Assembly: GCA_965203555.1 (NCBI GenBank)
Contig: CBDBCY010000004.1
Coordinates: 192,001-256,000 of the forward strand
DNA: 64,000 nucleotides
Source of the DNA: Acidimicrobiia bacterium
GTDB taxonomy: Bacteria > Actinomycetota > Acidimicrobiia > Spongiisociales > ZC4RG35
Direction: 5' to 3'
Shown here: piece by piece, positions 61,255-64,000 of the stretch
Position numbering within the stretch: the stretch's first letter is position 1
Layout of the letters: each line of letters opens with the position of its first letter
Position numbers and translations under genes: made by a program
Notes under the pieces: generated by a model
Told to the model about the DNA's origin: nothing
The model's input: only the letters and a program-made list of their open reading frames with translations
Database searches by the model: none

Positions 61255-62001
61255 TCACCGAACCTCAGAACAGATCGCACGGCTTCCGAGGGAACGCCAT
61301 CCAATGGCGAGTCCCCAGCGCCCCTCCACAAATCACGTTCGGCGGAGCGGGTGCTCGCCCTACTGGACACCGTCATCACCAACGGAGCGGTCACCCTTAC
61401 GGACGCGGCTGCCGAAGCCGACATGCCAACCAGCACCGCCCTGCGGCATCTGCGGCTTCTGACCAACCGGGGCTATCTCGTTCGGGACGACCGGGGTTGG
61501 TACTCGGTCGGACCCGCCTTCGTGCGTATCGCGCTGCTCTCTTTCCAATCGGGTCCCTACGCACAACTCATGACAGCGGCCCAGCCCGGCCTCGAGCGGT
61601 TGGTCGAGGTCACCGAAGAGTCTGCATATCTGGCCGTGCGAGATGGAGGCGAGGCGGTCTACATTGCCACGGTCGAGAGCCGGCGGGCCATCCGCCACGT
61701 CGGCTGGGTAGGCAAGTCGGTGCCGCTGCAGGGGACCGCGGTGGGTGAGGCTCTGCTAAGCGAAGCGCCGTCGCCCGGTGCTCGGTGCAAGGCGGTGCTC
61801 AACACCGGCGCCATCGAGCCCGATGTCACCGCCGTGGTGGCGCCCATCCACGGGTCGGCTGGCGTGATGGGGGCATTCTCGGTGCTGGGTCCGGCCGAGC
61901 GGATCGTCGGGGAGCGCTTGGAGATTGCAACGGAAGCGGTGGTGAACGTCGCTATGGCTACGTCGAATTCCCTCTGCAGGGCCGAGGCAGTACGGCCATG
62001 A
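61249..62001 (+). CDS. IclR-family transcriptional regulator of hut genes
   Basis: SAERVLALL, HTH (PTSTALRHLRLL..GYL), TEESAYL, TAVGEALL; ATGA overlap with hutH; start uncertain. Confidence 0.87.
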   Translation: MKSPNLRTDRTASEGTPSNGESPAPLHKSRSAERVLALLDTVITNGAVTLTDAAAEADMPTSTALRHLRLLTNRGYLVRDDRGWYSVGPAFVRIALLSFQSGPYAQLMTAAQPGLERLVEVTEESAYLAVRDGGEAVYIATVESRRAIRHVGWVGKSVPLQGTAVGEALLSEAPSPGARCKAVLNTGAIEPDVTAVVAPIHGSAGVMGAFSVLGPAERIVGERLEIATEAVVNVAMATSNSLCRAEAVRP

Positions 62002-63524
62002 GCGTGGTACTCGAAGGTCCCGGCGTAACCATCGCCGATGTTGTTGCGGTTGCGCGCCGTGGTGAGCGGGTTCATCTCAGCGATGCAGCCTTAGAGCGGA
62101 TGGCGGTTAGTCGCCGGATCGTCGAACGCCTGGCGGAGGGCGATCCCGTATACGGCGTCTCGACCGGATTCGGCGCCCTGGCTACCACGACGATTCCCCC
62201 CGATCGGCGGGAGACCCTCCAGCGTGCAATGATCCGCTCCCACGCAGCAGGGATGGGATCGGCTGTGGAGACGGAAATGGTTCGGGCCATGATGTTCCTG
62301 CGGGCGCGGACCCTGGCGCTGGGAGCTTCAGGCGCCCGACCGCTGGTCGCAGAGACGCTGGTGCGGATGATCAACGCCGGTGTTGTTCCCGTGGTCCCCG
62401 AGCACGGCTCTCTCGGCGCCAGCGGCGACCTGGCGCCTCTCGCCCATGTTGCCATGGTTCTGATCGGTGAGGGCGAGGTCCTTGCCGACGCAGGGGTATG
62501 CGAAGGCGGGGCGGCGATGGCTCGGGCGGGCGTCGAGCCGGTGGAACTGGTGGAGAAGGAGGGCCTGGCGCTCATCAACGGGACCGACGGCATCCTGGGC
62601 ATGCTCTGTCTGGCGGTCCATGACGCCTCTCATCTTCTCACCGTCGCCGACATCGTGGCGGCTCTCAGCGTCGAGGGTCTCCTCTGCACCGACCGGGCAT
62701 ACGCCGCCGACCTGCAGGCGCTCCGCCCGCATCCGGGCCAGGCGTTGAGCGCCGCCAATCTCCGCCGGATGCTTCGGGGATCGCCGATCGTGGCCAGCCA
62801 CCGAACCGACGATGTTCGAGTGCAGGACGCCTACTCGATACGGTGCACACCCCAGGTTCACGGCGCGGCGCGTGACACCCTGGGGTTCGTGACGAATGTG
62901 GCGAAACGGGAGTTGGCGTCGGCCATCGACAATCCGATGGTGCTTTCCGACGGCCGAATCGAGTCGTGCGGCAACTTTCACGGAGCGCCGGTGGCGATGG
63001 CGGCCGATTACCTGGCGATCGCCATGGCCGAGGTCGGGGCCATCGCCGAGCGTCGTGTGGACCGGTTACTCGACTACAACCGCTCCCAAGGTCTGCCTCC
63101 CTTCCTGGCCGCCGACCCCGGTGTCGACAGCGGCTTGATGATCGCCCAGTACACCGCGGCTGCGATGTGCGCCGAGAACCGCCGTCTGGCCGCTCCCGCA
63201 GTGGTCGATTCGTATCCCACCTCGGCCATGCAGGAGGACCATGTCTCGATGGGATGGAGCGCGGCCCGCAAACTTCGCCGGGTGATCGACAACCTCCGTC
63301 GCATCCTGGCCATCGAGTGGGTCACCGCCGCCCGGGCCGTGGAACTGCGCGCTCCCCTGATGCCGAGTGACGGCACCGCAGCGGCCGTGGACTTGTTACG
63401 GACGCGGGTTCGGGGGCATGGTCCCGACCGGCCCCTGGCGCCCGAGTTGTCGGCGGCCGAGCAACTGCTCGGAGAGGAGTCGCTGGTGAGGGCGGTCGAG
63501 ATGGTGACGGGCCCCCTCGACTGA
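61998..63524 (+). CDS. hutH: Histidine ammonia-lyase
   Basis: VYGVSTGFG, GSLGASGDLAPLAH (MIO-forming ASG), KEGLALINGT, VQDAYSIRC, GNFHG, QEDHVSMG. Confidence 0.98.
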   Translation: MSVVLEGPGVTIADVVAVARRGERVHLSDAALERMAVSRRIVERLAEGDPVYGVSTGFGALATTTIPPDRRETLQRAMIRSHAAGMGSAVETEMVRAMMFLRARTLALGASGARPLVAETLVRMINAGVVPVVPEHGSLGASGDLAPLAHVAMVLIGEGEVLADAGVCEGGAAMARAGVEPVELVEKEGLALINGTDGILGMLCLAVHDASHLLTVADIVAALSVEGLLCTDRAYAADLQALRPHPGQALSAANLRRMLRGSPIVASHRTDDVRVQDAYSIRCTPQVHGAARDTLGFVTNVAKRELASAIDNPMVLSDGRIESCGNFHGAPVAMAADYLAIAMAEVGAIAERRVDRLLDYNRSQGLPPFLAADPGVDSGLMIAQYTAAAMCAENRRLAAPAVVDSYPTSAMQEDHVSMGWSAARKLRRVIDNLRRILAIEWVTAARAVELRAPLMPSDGTAAAVDLLRTRVRGHGPDRPLAPELSAAEQLLGEESLVRAVEMVTGPLD

Positions 63525-63544
63525 GTTCAGTGGTTGACGGCGTT

Positions 63545-64000
63545 CTATACCTCTGCGGCCAGGATGTCCGCCAACCGGTCGGCGCCGATGCTCCCGCCGC
63601 TCAGAATGCAGGCAACGGGACCGTCACGGTCCTCTGCGAGGGCGGCTGCTACAGACATGGCGCCGGACCCTTCGACCACCAGCTTGTTCCCCAATGCCAG
63701 GTGAGCGATGGCGGTGCGAACGTCGGCTTCCGAGACCAGGACCACCCTGTCGACCACGGAACTGACCAGCGGGTACATCTCGTCGACCACCACCGGCACC
63801 ATGGTGCCGTCACAAATGGTCTCACCCGTTTCGACCCATCTCGGTTGACCGGCATCCAGGGCTGCATGCAGGGAAGGACACGCCCTGCTCTGCACTCCGA
63901 TGATCTCCGTGGCCGGTCGGAGTTCCTTGATCACACTGCCTATGCCGGACACCAATCCGCCGCCGCCCACCGGTATGTAGATCGCTCTCACCTCGGGGAG
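63545..64000 (-). CDS. PLP-dependent threonine/serine dehydratase family, C-terminal part (runs off the window end)
   Basis: PVGGGGLVSG, TICDG, KLVVEGSGA, ILSGG. Confidence 0.85.
   Translation of the reverse strand, partial: LPEVRAIYIPVGGGGLVSGIGSVIKELRPATEIIGVQSRACPSLHAALDAGQPRWVETGETICDGTMVPVVVDEMYPLVSSVVDRVVLVSEADVRTAIAHLALGNKLVVEGSGAMSVAAALAEDRDGPVACILSGGSIGADRLADILAAEV

Overview
High-GC actinobacterial chromosome segment; gene order and EF-Tu signatures suggest Acidimicrobiia (inference). About 1-32 kb is core genome: rimI-tsaD, CIRCE-groES-groEL, htpX, tRNA-Tyr/Thr/Met-tuf-rpmG-fused hadAB-ECF sigma/anti-sigma-tRNA-Trp-secE-nusG-rplKA-rplJL, pepN, gnd, proS, fdhD, serC and rimP-nusA-infB-rbfA-nrnA-truB. 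About 32-41.5 kb holds an IS3 remnant, a DUF222-HNH element, a URC-type uracil catabolism cluster, a truncated globin and an ABC exporter. About 41.5-56.2 kb is an accessory/defence island (IS remnants, TA-like modules, a membrane-anchored paralogue array, type II R-M, helicase IV, GmrSD-like nuclease). About 56.2-63.5 kb is a histidine utilisation (hut) cluster. Most notable: (1) a peptide deformylase-family gene coupled to hutF in a hut operon that has no hutG in the window, a candidate non-orthologous N-formylglutamate deformylase; (2) a polarised G+T-left / A+C-right strand bias in tuf and in mobile or multicopy-type genes regardless of their orientation; (3) a duplicated, unnamed two-gene TA-like module; (4) a Fur-box-preceded secreted His-rich repeat protein; (5) a paralogue array in which each gene's conserved 3' end carries the next start codon. 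All calls come from reading motifs by eye, and base counts were done by hand on single 60-nt lines.
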